Assembly: GCA_965203355.1 (NCBI GenBank)
Contig: OZ241889.1
Location: 2,112,001-2,176,000, forward strand
DNA: 64,000 nucleotides
Direction of reading: 5' to 3'
Origin: Candidatus Latescibacterota bacterium
GTDB taxonomy: Bacteria > Latescibacterota > UBA2968 > UBA8231
The notes beneath the pieces are model-generated. The model saw only the letters and a list, made by a program, of their open reading frames with translations, was not told the origin of the DNA and ran no database searches. Below are positions 8,042 through 19,017 of this stretch, one piece after another. The translations under genes and the position numbers were made by a program. Within the stretch, counting starts at the first letter, position 1. Every line of letters begins with the position of its first letter.

Positions 8042-9436
8042 ATGAAAATAAGCGTGAAAAACCTAGGCGTTCTGAAACAGGCGGAATTTGAGCTGGGCGA
8101 GTTGACTCTTATTTGCGGCTGCAATAATACGGGCAAAACCTACGTGACGTATGCCTTGTTTGGCTTTTTATGGCACTGGGAGCGTTTGTTAGAAGCCAAG
8201 ATTCCCAATAGGACCATCGAGGCTTTACTAAAGAACGGTGTAACGCGGGTTGATATTGAGCCCTATGCCATGAAAGCAGACGACATCCTTAAACGAGGTT
8301 GCCTAGAATATACCCGGAATCTACCGAGAGTCTTTGCCTCGAAACAGAGCCGCTTCAAAGGTGCCAAATTCCAAGTGGCTCTTAAGCCAGCAAAGATGTC
8401 ATCGATAAAGAACCGTGATTTTGAACGTAAAGTACAATCTGCTGAAGACGATATTCTCTTGCTGTCCAAGGCTAAAGGAGAAAAGGACTTAGTGGTCTCA
8501 CTGCTGATGGAGAAGGGGAAAAGAGCATTGCCTTCTGAAATGATTGAGGCAGTAATCTCAAGAGGAATTATTGAATTACTCTTTGGCAAGTTTCTCCCTC
8601 AGCCTTTTATTGCCAGTGCAGAACGCACTGGAGCGGCAATTTTTCGTAAGGAATTAAATTTTGCCCGGAACCGTTTGTTGAAAGAAATGATTCGGTCGGA
8701 TAAGAACATCGACCCGATGGAATTATTGTTTAAGTCCTATCAAGACTATCCCTTGCCGGTCGAAGTAAATGTAGACTTTATCCGGAAACTTGAAGATATT
8801 GCTAAAGAAGATAGTTTTCTTGTCGAAAAGCATCCACAAGTCCTGGATGACTTCGCTGCTATCGTCGGCGGAGAATACGTCGCTGGAAGTAATGACACGA
8901 TTTACTTCAAGCCCACACAAAAACAACTAAAACTGACAATGGACGAAAGTTCCAGCGCGGTACGTTCCTTGCTGGACATTGGCTTTTATTTACAGCACGT
9001 CGCAAAACCTGGCGATCTGCTGATGGTAGATGAGCCTGAATTAAACTTGCACCCGGAAAACCAGCGTCGCATGGCTCGGCTCTTCGTGCAGTTGGTTAAT
9101 CTGGGTATCCGCGTCTTCGTGACCACACACAGCGATTATATTGTTAAAGAACTAAATACCTTGATCATGCTTAATCAGGGCAAGCCCTATCTGAAGAAAA
9201 TCGCCGAACAAGAAGGTTACCAAGCCGAAGAGCTTGTAGCCGCTGAAAAGATCCGGGTCTATATCGCAGAAGAAGCATTGATGGAACAAAGGGAAGAGAG
9301 TAGGAGAAGTCAGTATCAAACACTTGTTTCGGCCAATATAGACCCAGAGCTGGGGATTGAAGTACGCAGTTTCGACCAGACGATCAATAAAATGAATGAG
9401 ATTCAGGAAGCCATTGTGTGGGGCGGAGATGAATGA
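8042..9436 (+). CDS. AAA_15/AAA_21-type ABC ATPase (defence-associated type)
   Basis: Walker A 'GCNNTGKT', signature 'SSSAVRSL', Walker B/D-loop 'LLMVDEPELNLHPENQ', H-loop 'VTTHSDY'; visibly AT-richer. Confidence 0.88.
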   Translation: MKISVKNLGVLKQAEFELGELTLICGCNNTGKTYVTYALFGFLWHWERLLEAKIPNRTIEALLKNGVTRVDIEPYAMKADDILKRGCLEYTRNLPRVFASKQSRFKGAKFQVALKPAKMSSIKNRDFERKVQSAEDDILLLSKAKGEKDLVVSLLMEKGKRALPSEMIEAVISRGIIELLFGKFLPQPFIASAERTGAAIFRKELNFARNRLLKEMIRSDKNIDPMELLFKSYQDYPLPVEVNVDFIRKLEDIAKEDSFLVEKHPQVLDDFAAIVGGEYVAGSNDTIYFKPTQKQLKLTMDESSSAVRSLLDIGFYLQHVAKPGDLLMVDEPELNLHPENQRRMARLFVQLVNLGIRVFVTTHSDYIVKELNTLIMLNQGKPYLKKIAEQEGYQAEELVAAEKIRVYIAEEALMEQREESRRSQYQTLVSANIDPELGIEVRSFDQTINKMNEIQEAIVWGGDE

Positions 9437-10032
9437 TGTCGGACTTTGACATATTACGGGATTTGATCCGGGATGAGGCATTGGCCTCGGTTGAGGATGA
9501 ATACGGCAAGGAGACTATTGTCCTGGAGGAACCTGGCAATCAACAACAATCAGCATATTCTCTGAAGATACGCAACGTGCCGGACGACTTTATCGCGTTC
9601 AAAATAGATGCTTTTCCGGCTCCAAGAAAAATCTTTAAAAACGATAAAGGAGAATGTAAACGGGCTGATTTTGTTATTATTGCCAGTGATGATAAGATAA
9701 ACTGGATTATTCACATTGAAATGAAAGGTGGCAACACAGGTTCGGGAAAAGAGATCAAGCAACAATTACGCGGGGCACGATGTCTCGTTGCCTACTGCCG
9801 CGCCATTGGTCGAGAATTCTGGCAAGAACCGAATTTCCTCAAAGAAAAAAATTACCAACAGCGTTTTATTAGTATTAAAAATATTCGGATACCAAAACGG
9901 CCAACACGGCCAGATTCAAAATCCGGTCAACACGACATGCCGGAAAACATGCTGAGAATCGACGGGTTGGCTAAAGGGAAATTACAATTTAACGAACTGG
10001 TCGGAAAAGCCTTAAAGAGACAAGGCCCATGA
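9433..10032 (+). CDS. Hypothetical protein with putative PD-(D/E)xK nuclease motif
   Basis: 'KRADFVII...IIHIEMKGG...IKQQL'; ATGA-coupled to the ATPase. Confidence 0.6.
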   Translation: MMSDFDILRDLIRDEALASVEDEYGKETIVLEEPGNQQQSAYSLKIRNVPDDFIAFKIDAFPAPRKIFKNDKGECKRADFVIIASDDKINWIIHIEMKGGNTGSGKEIKQQLRGARCLVAYCRAIGREFWQEPNFLKEKNYQQRFISIKNIRIPKRPTRPDSKSGQHDMPENMLRIDGLAKGKLQFNELVGKALKRQGP

Positions 10033-11039
10033 CCACCCTATTCGTCACCGGCGGCGCCGGCTTCATCGGCTCCAATTTTATTCGCTACTGGCTATCGACC
10101 TATCCCGACGACCGCATCGTCAACTACGACTTGCTCACCTACGCCGGCAACTTGGCCAGCCTGCAAGACGTGGAAGAAAGCTACGGCGACCGCTACACCT
10201 TGGTCCGCGGCGATATTCAAAATGTCGATCTGACCCGCCATCTCTTTGCGATCCACCGCCCCGACTACGTGGTCAACTTTGCCGCTGAATCGCACAACAG
10301 CTTGGCCATTGTCAATCCCTCGGCCTTTTTCCAGACCAATGTCGTGGGGACGCAAAAGCTGTTGCAGGCCGCGGCCGACGCCCAAGTGCCGCGCTTCCAC
10401 CACATCTCCACCTGCGAGGTGTACGGCGATTTAGCCCTGGACGCGGACGAGTCCTTCAGCGAGGAATCGCCCTATCGGCCGCGCACCCCGTACAACGCAG
10501 CCAAAGCCGCGGCCGACCTGGCTGTGCGCGCTTATGGCAACACCTTTGGCTTGCCGGTGACGCTGTCGAACTGCGCCAACAACTTCGGCCCCTATCAATT
10601 CCCGGAGAAAGTCATTCCCTTCTTCGTCGTGCGTCTGCTCACCGGCCAGAAGATGCCGCTGTACAAATCGAGTCAGAATCGCCGCGAGTGGCTCCACGTT
10701 GATGACCACTGTCGGGCCATTGACCTCGTGCTAAAAAAAGGCGAAATCGGCCAGACGTACAACGTTGGCAGCGGCATTGAAAAAGACGTTGAAACCATTG
10801 CCGACCTCATCCTCGACGCTTTGGGGATGGATGCCGGGCACAAAACCTACGTCGAAGACCGGCCCGGCCACGATCGGCGCTACCTACTCGATTCGCGCAA
10901 GATTCGCGCCGAGCTAGGTTGGCAACCGCAAGTCGATTTTGCCGCTGGCTTCCGCGATACGGTCCACTGGTACCGCGACAACGCAGCTTGGTGGCGTCCC
11001 CTGCTCAAGAAAATCCAAGTCCGCGAAGAGAGCTGGTGA
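10029..11039 (+). CDS. rfbB: dTDP-glucose 4,6-dehydratase
   Basis: '[12 protein letters not shown]', 'LTYAGN', 'NFAAESH', YxxxK 'YNAAK', 'FPEKVIP', 'DRPGHDRRY'. Confidence 0.93.
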   Translation: MTTLFVTGGAGFIGSNFIRYWLSTYPDDRIVNYDLLTYAGNLASLQDVEESYGDRYTLVRGDIQNVDLTRHLFAIHRPDYVVNFAAESHNSLAIVNPSAFFQTNVVGTQKLLQAAADAQVPRFHHISTCEVYGDLALDADESFSEESPYRPRTPYNAAKAAADLAVRAYGNTFGLPVTLSNCANNFGPYQFPEKVIPFFVVRLLTGQKMPLYKSSQNRREWLHVDDHCRAIDLVLKKGEIGQTYNVGSGIEKDVETIADLILDALGMDAGHKTYVEDRPGHDRRYLLDSRKIRAELGWQPQVDFAAGFRDTVHWYRDNAAWWRPLLKKIQVREESW

Positions 11040-11044
11040 AGACC

Positions 11045-13027
11045 ATGAGTACTGATTCCTTTGCCGCAATCGTCGGCGAGACCGATGAGAAAATCTATCA
11101 AGTCCGCACGCGCGCACCCGGCCCCAGCGGCAAGCTGCCGTTGACCATTGAGCAGGTCGTCGAAGCGCCGAGCGGCCACATCTTTGGCTACAGCCAAAAC
11201 GCGGGTATGGGCTGGGACCCCGACGAGTTGGGGCGAGGCGAGTTCCTCATCGTCAGCACGCAGGGCGGCATCCGCGCCCCAGATGGCCGGCCGATCGCGC
11301 TGGGCTACCACACGGGCCACTGGGAAATTGGCCTGCTGATGGAGGCCGCAGCCGAGGAAATCCACCGCGGCGGCGGCATTCCCTTTGCCGCTTATTGCTC
11401 AGACCCATGCGATGGCCGCTCGCAGGGCACAACGGGCATGTTCGATAGCCTGCCGTATCGCAATGACGCGGCCATGATCCTGCGCCGCTTGATCCGCTCG
11501 TTGCCAACGCGGCGCGGCGTGATGGGCGTGGGCACCTGCGACAAGGGCTTACCGGCGGTCCTCATCGCCCTCGCGGGTACGCCGGACCTGCCGGTCATTG
11601 TCGTGCCCGGCGGCGTGACCCTGCCGCCAGAAGAAGGCGAGGACGCGGGCAAGATCCAATCGGCGGGTTCGCGGTTGGCGCGGGGCGAGTTGGATATCGA
11701 CGACTTTCAGGTGCTCGGCTGCCGAGCCTGTGCCACGCCCGGGGGCGGTTGCCAGTTTTTGGGGACTGCGGCCACGACTCAAGTTGTGGGCGAGGCGCTG
11801 GGGCTGTCGCTGCCGCATTCGGCGCTGGCGCCTTCGGGAGAAGCGGTCTGGCGCGATATGGCCGTGCGCTCGGCGCGGGCCCTGATGGCGCTGGAGGCGG
11901 CCGGCATTCGCTCGCAGGAGTTGATCACCGATCCGGCGCTGCACAACGCCATGGTCGTCCACGCGGCCTTTGGCGGCTCGACGAACTTGATCCTGCACGT
12001 GCCCGCCATTGCCCATGCGGCCGGTCGCAAGCGGCCAGCAGTGGGGGATTGGGATCGGATCAATCGCGCGGTGCCGCGCTTGGTCGATGTGCTGCCCAAC
12101 GGCCCGGAGTTCCACGTTACGGTGCGCGCCTTTTTGGCCGGTGGGGTGCCGGAGGTCATGTTGCACTTGCGCCGCTTGGGGCTGTTGGAAGAGGACGCGA
12201 TGACGGTTACGGGCCGGACGCTGGGCGAAAATCTCGACTGGTGGGAGCAGGCGCCGCGCCGGCACCGCTTCCGCGAGGAACTGCGAAAGCTAGACGGGGT
12301 GGAGCCAGCCGACGTGATCATGGACGCCGATCGCGCCCGCGCCAAGGGCCTGACCAGCACCATCTGTTTCCCGGTCGGCAACCTCTCACCCGAGGGCTCG
12401 GTCGTCAAAAGCACGGCCATCGACGCGGCGCTGCTCGACGCGCAAGGGGTCTATCGGCACACCGGGCCGGCGAAGGTTTTTACCACCGAACGCGATACTA
12501 TCGCCGCGATTAAGAACGGCCAGATCGAGCCGGGCGATGTCTTGGTGATGATTAGTTGCGGGCCGATGGGCACGGGGATGGAGGAAGTGGCGCAGGTTAC
12601 GATCGCGCTCAAATACACGGACGTTGGCCAGCGCGTGGCCCTGCTCACAGACGCGCGGTTTTCCGGGTTTTCCTCGGGTCCTTGCATTGGGCACATCGGC
12701 CCGGAGGCTTTGGCTGGCGGGCCGATCGGCAAGCTGCAAGACGGCGACTTGATCGCCATTGAAATCGACTGCCAGAGCCTGCGCGGACGCATCGATTTGG
12801 TCGGCTGCGATGGCGCGGAGTTCGGCGCGGAGGAAGGCCAGCGGGTGCTGGCCGAGCGCCCCTTGCGCCCCGACTTGGCGCCCGAAGCAGCACTGCCCGA
12901 CGACACTAAGCTGTGGGCGGCACTGCAAAACGTCAGTGGCGGCACTTGGGGCGGTTGCGTCTATGATGTAGAGGCGATTGTCGCCGCGCTCGAAGCGGGC
13001 CGCAAAGCCCTAAAGGAGGCGTTGTGA
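11045..13027 (+). CDS. YjhG/YagF-family D-xylonate dehydratase (IlvD/Edd family)
   Basis: '[10 protein letters not shown]', '[22 protein letters not shown]', 'TCDKGLPA', '[12 protein letters not shown]', 'TDARFSG', '[11 protein letters not shown]'; start moved to ATG 11045. Confidence 0.92.
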   Translation: MSTDSFAAIVGETDEKIYQVRTRAPGPSGKLPLTIEQVVEAPSGHIFGYSQNAGMGWDPDELGRGEFLIVSTQGGIRAPDGRPIALGYHTGHWEIGLLMEAAAEEIHRGGGIPFAAYCSDPCDGRSQGTTGMFDSLPYRNDAAMILRRLIRSLPTRRGVMGVGTCDKGLPAVLIALAGTPDLPVIVVPGGVTLPPEEGEDAGKIQSAGSRLARGELDIDDFQVLGCRACATPGGGCQFLGTAATTQVVGEALGLSLPHSALAPSGEAVWRDMAVRSARALMALEAAGIRSQELITDPALHNAMVVHAAFGGSTNLILHVPAIAHAAGRKRPAVGDWDRINRAVPRLVDVLPNGPEFHVTVRAFLAGGVPEVMLHLRRLGLLEEDAMTVTGRTLGENLDWWEQAPRRHRFREELRKLDGVEPADVIMDADRARAKGLTSTICFPVGNLSPEGSVVKSTAIDAALLDAQGVYRHTGPAKVFTTERDTIAAIKNGQIEPGDVLVMISCGPMGTGMEEVAQVTIALKYTDVGQRVALLTDARFSGFSSGPCIGHIGPEALAGGPIGKLQDGDLIAIEIDCQSLRGRIDLVGCDGAEFGAEEGQRVLAERPLRPDLAPEAALPDDTKLWAALQNVSGGTWGGCVYDVEAIVAALEAGRKALKEAL

Positions 13028-13650
13028 GCGGCAAGCAAATCGTCGTCGGCGTTACCGGAGCGAGTGGGGCGCTCTACGCGGGCCGCCTCCTGCGTGCTCT
13101 GCTGATCGGCGGGCACCACGTGCATCTGGTCCTATCCAAATACGGGCGCTATCTGCTCGTCGAAGAGTTGGGTTTCCGTCCCGATAAGGAGAGCTTGCGC
13201 TCGTTTATAACGCGGTGCTACGGGGAGGAGACCCAAGCAGGTGAATTGTGCGAGTACAACGCCAGCGACCTAGCGGCTCCCATCGCCAGTGGTTCGGTGG
13301 CCGTCGACGGTATGGTGGTGGTGCCTTGTTCGGTCAAGACGCTGTCGAGCATTGCGCGCGGGGCCGCTGCGAGCCTGATTGAGCGCGCGGCCGATGTCAG
13401 CCTCAAGGAGCAGCGGCCCTTGGTGCTGGTGGTGCGCGAGACGCCGCTCAACCTGATTCAGTTGCGCAATATGACGGCCGCCGCCGAGGCCGGGGCCATC
13501 ATGCTGCCGGCCATGCCAGCCTTCTACCAAAAGCCGCAGACCTTTAGCGATTTGGGCGATTTTATCGCGGGCCGCGTCTGCAACGCGCTGCGGATCGAAC
13601 ACCAACTCTTCCCGCCTTGGCCGGGGCCAACCGGAAAAAAGCAACCCTAA
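13024..13650 (+). CDS. ubiX: Flavin prenyltransferase UbiX
   Basis: 'GVTGASG', 'APIASGS', 'PCSVKTL', '[20 protein letters not shown]', 'PAFYQKP'. Confidence 0.92.
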   Translation: MSGKQIVVGVTGASGALYAGRLLRALLIGGHHVHLVLSKYGRYLLVEELGFRPDKESLRSFITRCYGEETQAGELCEYNASDLAAPIASGSVAVDGMVVVPCSVKTLSSIARGAAASLIERAADVSLKEQRPLVLVVRETPLNLIQLRNMTAAAEAGAIMLPAMPAFYQKPQTFSDLGDFIAGRVCNALRIEHQLFPPWPGPTGKKQP

Positions 13651-15110
13651 ATCAGCGACGTTAGCTGGGTGCGAAACAACGCGCGCGGCAGCATGGCTTC
13701 GATCAGGCGACCTTCCTCTTTGGCAATGGCGCGACAGACGGTCCACGGTCCAAAGCGACAGAAAATTTCGCCTTTGAGGCTGGTGGGCGGATCGCAGTAG
13801 AGTGGACGCCCGGCGAACAAGTCTTGTAGTTGAGGCCAGTTCAGCTCGACGCTGGGGCCCTGCATGAGATGTCCCCACAGGGCAACGGTTTGCTGGGACA
13901 GGTAGTGGTACCCTTTGTGGGGGCGGGCCACCTTCATGCCGCCGCGAACAAAGTGGGGCAGATGCGCTTGGATGGCCGGCCCGAGCGCCGGTTGTCGGCA
14001 TAGGTGGCGGTTGCTGAGGGTAAAGATCTGATCCGAAGGGCAGGGCAAGGTGCCACTCCACCGCGCTTCGATGGCGCGTCTGGACTCGGCGGCCGCGGGA
14101 TCGGTCGTTGCGAGCTCCCAATCAGGGGCGTCTTCGAGGCTTGGCGTTGGCGTGCGTTTGGCAAGGCGCGCGACGAAAGCCCCTTCGGTGTCGTGGTGGT
14201 GGGGCCAAATGCGGACACAGCGGGCGAACTCGGCCGGGAATTGGCGGGCCAGCGCATCCGGTAGCGGCGGTCCGGCGGGCGCGGCGATGGGGAGGATCGC
14301 GACCTCTTCCTTGTAGCGGCGCAACAGCCCGAGCAGCACTTCTTCGTTTTCCTCCAGCGAGAGCGAGCACGTCGAATACACCAAGGTGCCGCCGGGGCGG
14401 AGCATCCGATAGGCGGCGTATAATAACCCCTTTTGTTGCTGGGCGAGGTTTTGGGCGTCTTGCGGCGACCAGTAGGCGAGCATGTTTTGGTCTTTGCGCA
14501 CGATGCCGTCGCCCGAGCAAGGCGCATCGACGAGGACGCGGTCGAAAAAGTTGGGAAAGTAGCGCGCCAGCATGGTCCCTGGGGCTTGAGTCAAGACGCA
14601 ATTGGCCACCCCGCAGCGCTCCAAATTGCCCACGAGAGCAGGCATGCGCTTGCGCTGGAGTTCGTTGGCTAGTAGCAAGCCGCTGTTCTGCATGTGCGCG
14701 GCAATCTGAGTGGCCTTGCCGCCTGGGGCGGCGCACAGGTCGAGGACGCGCTCGCCGGGCTGGGGGGCCAAGACCTCGACCGCTAGCATGGGGGCCTTGG
14801 CTTGGACGTAATACGCGCCCATAGCGTGTTCGAGGGTCTGGCCGAGGCTGGCGTCGCTTGCCGGCCAAGCGAAGCCCTCGCTGCACCAAGGTACGCTTTG
14901 GCCGCGTTGGCGGACGTAGGGTTGCACGTGTTGCGCTTGGGCTTGAAGCGGGTTCAAGCGCAGCGAAATGGGGGGCGGCGTACGCGCGCATTGATAAAAG
15001 GCCGTGCGCTCTGGGTCGTTGGGCAGCAGGCGACCGAGGTACTGGAGTAGTGCCTGTAACTTATCCGGGTCGTACGCTTTGCGCCTAGGTGGGGTTGTCT
15101 GTTTATTCAT
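13647..15110 (-). CDS. RsmB/RsmF (NOL1/NOP2) RNA m5C methyltransferase
   Basis: 'VLDLCAAPGGKAT', 'VLVDAPCSGDG', 'LVYSTCS...ENE'. Confidence 0.9.
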   Translation of the reverse strand: MNKQTTPPRRKAYDPDKLQALLQYLGRLLPNDPERTAFYQCARTPPPISLRLNPLQAQAQHVQPYVRQRGQSVPWCSEGFAWPASDASLGQTLEHAMGAYYVQAKAPMLAVEVLAPQPGERVLDLCAAPGGKATQIAAHMQNSGLLLANELQRKRMPALVGNLERCGVANCVLTQAPGTMLARYFPNFFDRVLVDAPCSGDGIVRKDQNMLAYWSPQDAQNLAQQQKGLLYAAYRMLRPGGTLVYSTCSLSLEENEEVLLGLLRRYKEEVAILPIAAPAGPPLPDALARQFPAEFARCVRIWPHHHDTEGAFVARLAKRTPTPSLEDAPDWELATTDPAAAESRRAIEARWSGTLPCPSDQIFTLSNRHLCRQPALGPAIQAHLPHFVRGGMKVARPHKGYHYLSQQTVALWGHLMQGPSVELNWPQLQDLFAGRPLYCDPPTSLKGEIFCRFGPWTVCRAIAKEEGRLIEAMLPRALFRTQLTSLI

Positions 15111-15153
15111 CGGGCGGTTATTCAATAATATAATAAGGCATACAGCAAGGAGC

Positions 15154-15828
15154 ATGGGCGTCACACGCTGCTTCGTCGTCAGCGATTTGCATCTCGGATC
15201 GGCTTACTTTTACCATCGCCACTTTTTGTCTTGGTTGGATGCTTTGCCTAAAGGGGTGCCGCTCGTGCTCAACGGCGATGTCATAGATGATCCGGGCCAA
15301 GCCCTGCCCGCCGCCCATCGGGCCGTGCTGGAGCGTCTCGTGCGCGAGTCGCAAGCCCGGCCCGTGGTTTGGGTGTGCGGCAATCGCGATGCTGAGTTTA
15401 AGCTGGCTGATTCCGGGCAGATTTGCTGGGTTGATAGCTGGCGACTCGACCAGCGATTGCTCGTAGTCCACGGCCATCGGCTCGACCGGCTGATGCCTAG
15501 GCATTCGGCGTTCAAGTGGGCCTTCCGCCGCTTGCACCGTTGCCGCATTTGGTTGGGCGGGCGCGATGCCCACGTAGCCGAGTACGCCAAGAAATGGCCT
15601 CTGTTCTACCGGGTGCTCAACGAGCACGTAGCGCGCAATGCCCTGCGCATGGCGCAACAGGTGGGGGTTGAAGCCGTAGCCTGCGGGCACACCCACGCGG
15701 CCATGGCGATTGAGCGACAGGGCCGCTACTATTTCAACACCGGCGCTTGGACCGAAAAACCCTTTCACTTTCTCGAAGTGGCCGCGGACCGCATGACCCT
15801 ACATACATACGAGGACGATTGTGATTAA
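15154..15828 (+). CDS. Calcineurin-like metallophosphoesterase (LpxH-like)
   Basis: 'VSDLHLG', 'LNGDVID', 'GNRD', 'VHGH', 'CGHTH', 'NTGAW'; AAGGAG RBS. Confidence 0.8.
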   Translation: MGVTRCFVVSDLHLGSAYFYHRHFLSWLDALPKGVPLVLNGDVIDDPGQALPAAHRAVLERLVRESQARPVVWVCGNRDAEFKLADSGQICWVDSWRLDQRLLVVHGHRLDRLMPRHSAFKWAFRRLHRCRIWLGGRDAHVAEYAKKWPLFYRVLNEHVARNALRMAQQVGVEAVACGHTHAAMAIERQGRYYFNTGAWTEKPFHFLEVAADRMTLHTYEDDCD

Positions 15829-18010
15829 ATGGACACTCTTATGGACGGCGGCTTTGGGGCTGCCAGCCAACGCGGCAGAAGGGGAGTTCACTTGGCCGCT
15901 GCGCCTTGCGCCCGCCCTGTCTTCCACCTTCGGCGAGTCGCGTTCCCGCGCTTTCCACGCCGGCATAGACCTCAAGACTTGGGGCGAAACCGGCCATCCC
16001 GTCCAAGCCCTGGCCGATGGCTATGTCTGGCGAGTGAGCACCTCACCTTGGGGCTATGGCCGGGCCTTGTACCAGAAATTGGCCGATGGTCGCATTGTGG
16101 TCTATGCCCATCTAGCGGGCTTTGCCGCGCCGGTGGCCGAGCGCGTGCAGCAAGCTCAGCAGCAGAGCGGACGCTACAGCGTGGAGTTTTATTTGGAGGA
16201 AGGAGAAATCCCAGTGCGCGGCGGCGCGGTCGTCGCTTGGAGTGGCGAGAGCGGCGCCGGTCCGCCTCATTTGCACCTAGAACTGCGCGACGCCCATAAC
16301 GCAGCGATCAATCCTCTGTTGCATGGGTTCGCCGTGGCCGATGCGATTGCGCCGACTTTGCAACGAGTCGCGATCACGCCGCATGGCCGCAAGGCCCAAG
16401 TCGAAGGAGGGCACGACCCCTATGTGCTGAATTTGCGCTGGCAGCCGAGTCCGGGGGAGTTTGTCGGCGGGCGGCCCGTGCAGGTGCTCGGCCCGGTGAG
16501 CATCAGTGCGCTGATGTACGATCGCGCCGATGCGGCGCCCAACAAGTTAGCGCCCTATCGCGCGGAATTGCACATCAACGGCGAGTTGGTTTTCGCGGCG
16601 CGCTACGAGCGGGTGGGCTACGGCGATATGCACCAGATGTATTTGGACCGGCCGCTGGCTGCTTTTAAGGGCGGGGTGGGCCGCTTTTACAACTTGTGCC
16701 GCCTGCCGGGCAATCGCCTCGAATTCTACGAGGGGCCTAGCGATGGCATACTAAACTTGGCCAAGGGGCGGCACGAGGCCGTCGTCGTCGCCGCGGATGT
16801 CAACGGCAACGAGAGCCGAGCGCGCTTTGGGTTGGTGGTTGATGAACCGCCGGTCCTTGCCGGGGCGCGGATTGCGGCAACCGCGAATGGAACCTTTATC
16901 GAAGCGCGGCTGAGCGATGCGGACGACCCGCTCATAGAAGTAGAATTGGCCAGCTCGCGCAATGGCGAGGACTGGCGGCGCGTCGATCGGCGGCAGAGCC
17001 GCTCGGGGCCGCTCAAGTGGCAGATCCACCGCAACGCTTCCTATTGGCGGATCCAAGCGCGGGATCCAGCCGGTGCCACGGCTTTTGCCGTTTGTCGCCT
17101 GCCCGAGACCGCGGTGCCGACCTTTGCGCTGGAACGCCGTCCCCACGCGGATTTCGTGGAGCTTGTGATGCGCTATGAACGAGTACCCAGCGCCGCGCCC
17201 TTAGTCCGCACGGATACCGTTAATATCAGCCCCCGCCAGACCGGCTTGCGCGAGTTCCGCGTCGCCGTGCCGCTCGATTCGAGCGATCGAACGGCGGGAT
17301 CGGTTTTGCTGCGGACGCCAGGGGCGGCCGTGCAAAGGGTCGTCCTCGATAGGCAATTCGTGCGGCCGGGGGTCCCGGCCAACCTGACCTATGCCAACGG
17401 CGCGGTCGAATTGGGCTTTGCCGCGACGAGCGCGTACGCGCCGTTTTTCCCGCAAGTCGAGCGATTTGAGCCGCAAGTGCCTGCTGCGCTCGTCGCAGCT
17501 GGGCCGGCTTTTGCCTTGGGGCCGGATGTTAGCTTTGACAGCCGGGTCGAGTTGCGGTTGCGCTACGACCAGCGGGAAACGCTGTCGCCGGAGAAACTGG
17601 GCATCTACCGAGAAGTCGCCGCTGAAAAGTGGGCACTGGTGAGCAATGAGTGGGATGCTGGGGGGCGGCAGGTGGTGGCGCGGGTGCGGCGCTTGGGCCG
17701 CTATGCGCTGTTGGCCGACTTGGAACCCCCTGAGATCAGCCGTTTGCAGCCCGCTGAAGGAGCCGTCGTTGGCGTGCGTCCAGCAATTCGCGGCACCGTG
17801 CGCGATCCGGGTGCGGGCATTGGGCAGGAGACCGACATTGAATTCGCGCTCGACGGACGCCGGCTGATCGCCGAATACGATCCAGAAGCCGGGCGCGTGC
17901 ATGGACATTTGCTGGAAGATTTGTTGCCGGGCGTGCATCGCCTCGTGCTGAGGGTGCGGGATATGAGCGGCAACCAAGCCGAGAGCCAGGCTGAATTTAC
18001 CGTGCGTTAG
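15821..18010 (+). CDS. Secreted M23-family metallopeptidase with long C-terminal extension
   Basis: Signal peptide; 'FHAGIDL', 'YAHL', 'PHLHLELR'. Confidence 0.85.
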   Translation: MIKWTLLWTAALGLPANAAEGEFTWPLRLAPALSSTFGESRSRAFHAGIDLKTWGETGHPVQALADGYVWRVSTSPWGYGRALYQKLADGRIVVYAHLAGFAAPVAERVQQAQQQSGRYSVEFYLEEGEIPVRGGAVVAWSGESGAGPPHLHLELRDAHNAAINPLLHGFAVADAIAPTLQRVAITPHGRKAQVEGGHDPYVLNLRWQPSPGEFVGGRPVQVLGPVSISALMYDRADAAPNKLAPYRAELHINGELVFAARYERVGYGDMHQMYLDRPLAAFKGGVGRFYNLCRLPGNRLEFYEGPSDGILNLAKGRHEAVVVAADVNGNESRARFGLVVDEPPVLAGARIAATANGTFIEARLSDADDPLIEVELASSRNGEDWRRVDRRQSRSGPLKWQIHRNASYWRIQARDPAGATAFAVCRLPETAVPTFALERRPHADFVELVMRYERVPSAAPLVRTDTVNISPRQTGLREFRVAVPLDSSDRTAGSVLLRTPGAAVQRVVLDRQFVRPGVPANLTYANGAVELGFAATSAYAPFFPQVERFEPQVPAALVAAGPAFALGPDVSFDSRVELRLRYDQRETLSPEKLGIYREVAAEKWALVSNEWDAGGRQVVARVRRLGRYALLADLEPPEISRLQPAEGAVVGVRPAIRGTVRDPGAGIGQETDIEFALDGRRLIAEYDPEAGRVHGHLLEDLLPGVHRLVLRVRDMSGNQAESQAEFTVR

Positions 18011-19017
18011 CGCAGCGGTACCGGGGCACCGGCTTGGCGCAGCGACGCCTGTGCGGCCTCTAAGACGCGCACGACGCGCAGGCCGTCGCGGCCATCGCTG
18101 CGGGGTGTTTGGCCGGTGCGTACGCACTCGACGAAATGCTGGCACTCCAGCTTGAGCGGCTCGGCCATTTGCAGCCGCGGAATGACGACATCGCCAAAGC
18201 GCAGCGCAATGGAGTCGCCATAGGAATCGCATTGCGGCCGCTCGGCCGATTTGTCGTAGATGCGCACCTTTTCCGTGCTTTCTCCATCGTCAAAGACCGC
18301 CATCTTGCGGCTGCCGACCACGGTCAGGCGGCGGATGCGGTGCGGGTCGAGCCAAGAGAGTTGCATCTGCGCCATCTTGCCATCGGCAAAGTGCAAATTG
18401 GCAAAGACCACGTCTTCGATGGCGGGTTGTAGATAGCACTCGCCGCGGGCACTGACCGCATCCGGCTCTTGGCCGAGCAGGTACAGGATGACCGATATGT
18501 CGTGTGGTGCCAAGCTCCACAAGGCATTTTCGTCTCGGCGGACAATGCCCAAGTTGACGCGCTGGGAATACAGGTAATACAAGTCCCCGAGCGCCCCTTC
18601 TTTTACTAAATCGCGCAACATTTGCACGGCGGGATGGTACTTCAGCAGGTGCCCGACCATCAGCACCCGATCCCGCTCGGCGGCTAATTCGACCAAGTGG
18701 GCCGACGTGGCCGCGTCGAGGGTCATGGGCTTTTCGACGTACACATGCTTGCCCCGCTCGAGGGCGCGTCGAGCTAATTCGTAGTGCTGGGCCGCCGGGA
18801 CGGCCAACACGACGGCGTCGAGTGCGTCGTCGCCGAGCACTTCGTCGCAATGGGCGGTGGTGGGAATCGCTGGGTGCTGGCGCTGCATGGCGCGGCGGAT
18901 TTCCGGGCTGGCGTCGCACACTTGGCGCAGATGCACGTCGGGCAAGTCGCGGAAGACGCGGACTAGGTTTTTGCCCCAATACCCCGCGCCGATGCAGGCG
19001 ATTTGGACGCGGTTCAC
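18007..19017 (-). CDS. Gfo/Idh/MocA-family oxidoreductase
   Basis: 'IGAGYWG', 'HVYVEKP', 'SLAPHDIS'. Confidence 0.9.
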   Translation of the reverse strand: MNRVQIACIGAGYWGKNLVRVFRDLPDVHLRQVCDASPEIRRAMQRQHPAIPTTAHCDEVLGDDALDAVVLAVPAAQHYELARRALERGKHVYVEKPMTLDAATSAHLVELAAERDRVLMVGHLLKYHPAVQMLRDLVKEGALGDLYYLYSQRVNLGIVRRDENALWSLAPHDISVILYLLGQEPDAVSARGECYLQPAIEDVVFANLHFADGKMAQMQLSWLDPHRIRRLTVVGSRKMAVFDDGESTEKVRIYDKSAERPQCDSYGDSIALRFGDVVIPRLQMAEPLKLECQHFVECVRTGQTPRSDGRDGLRVVRVLEAAQASLRQAGAPVPLR

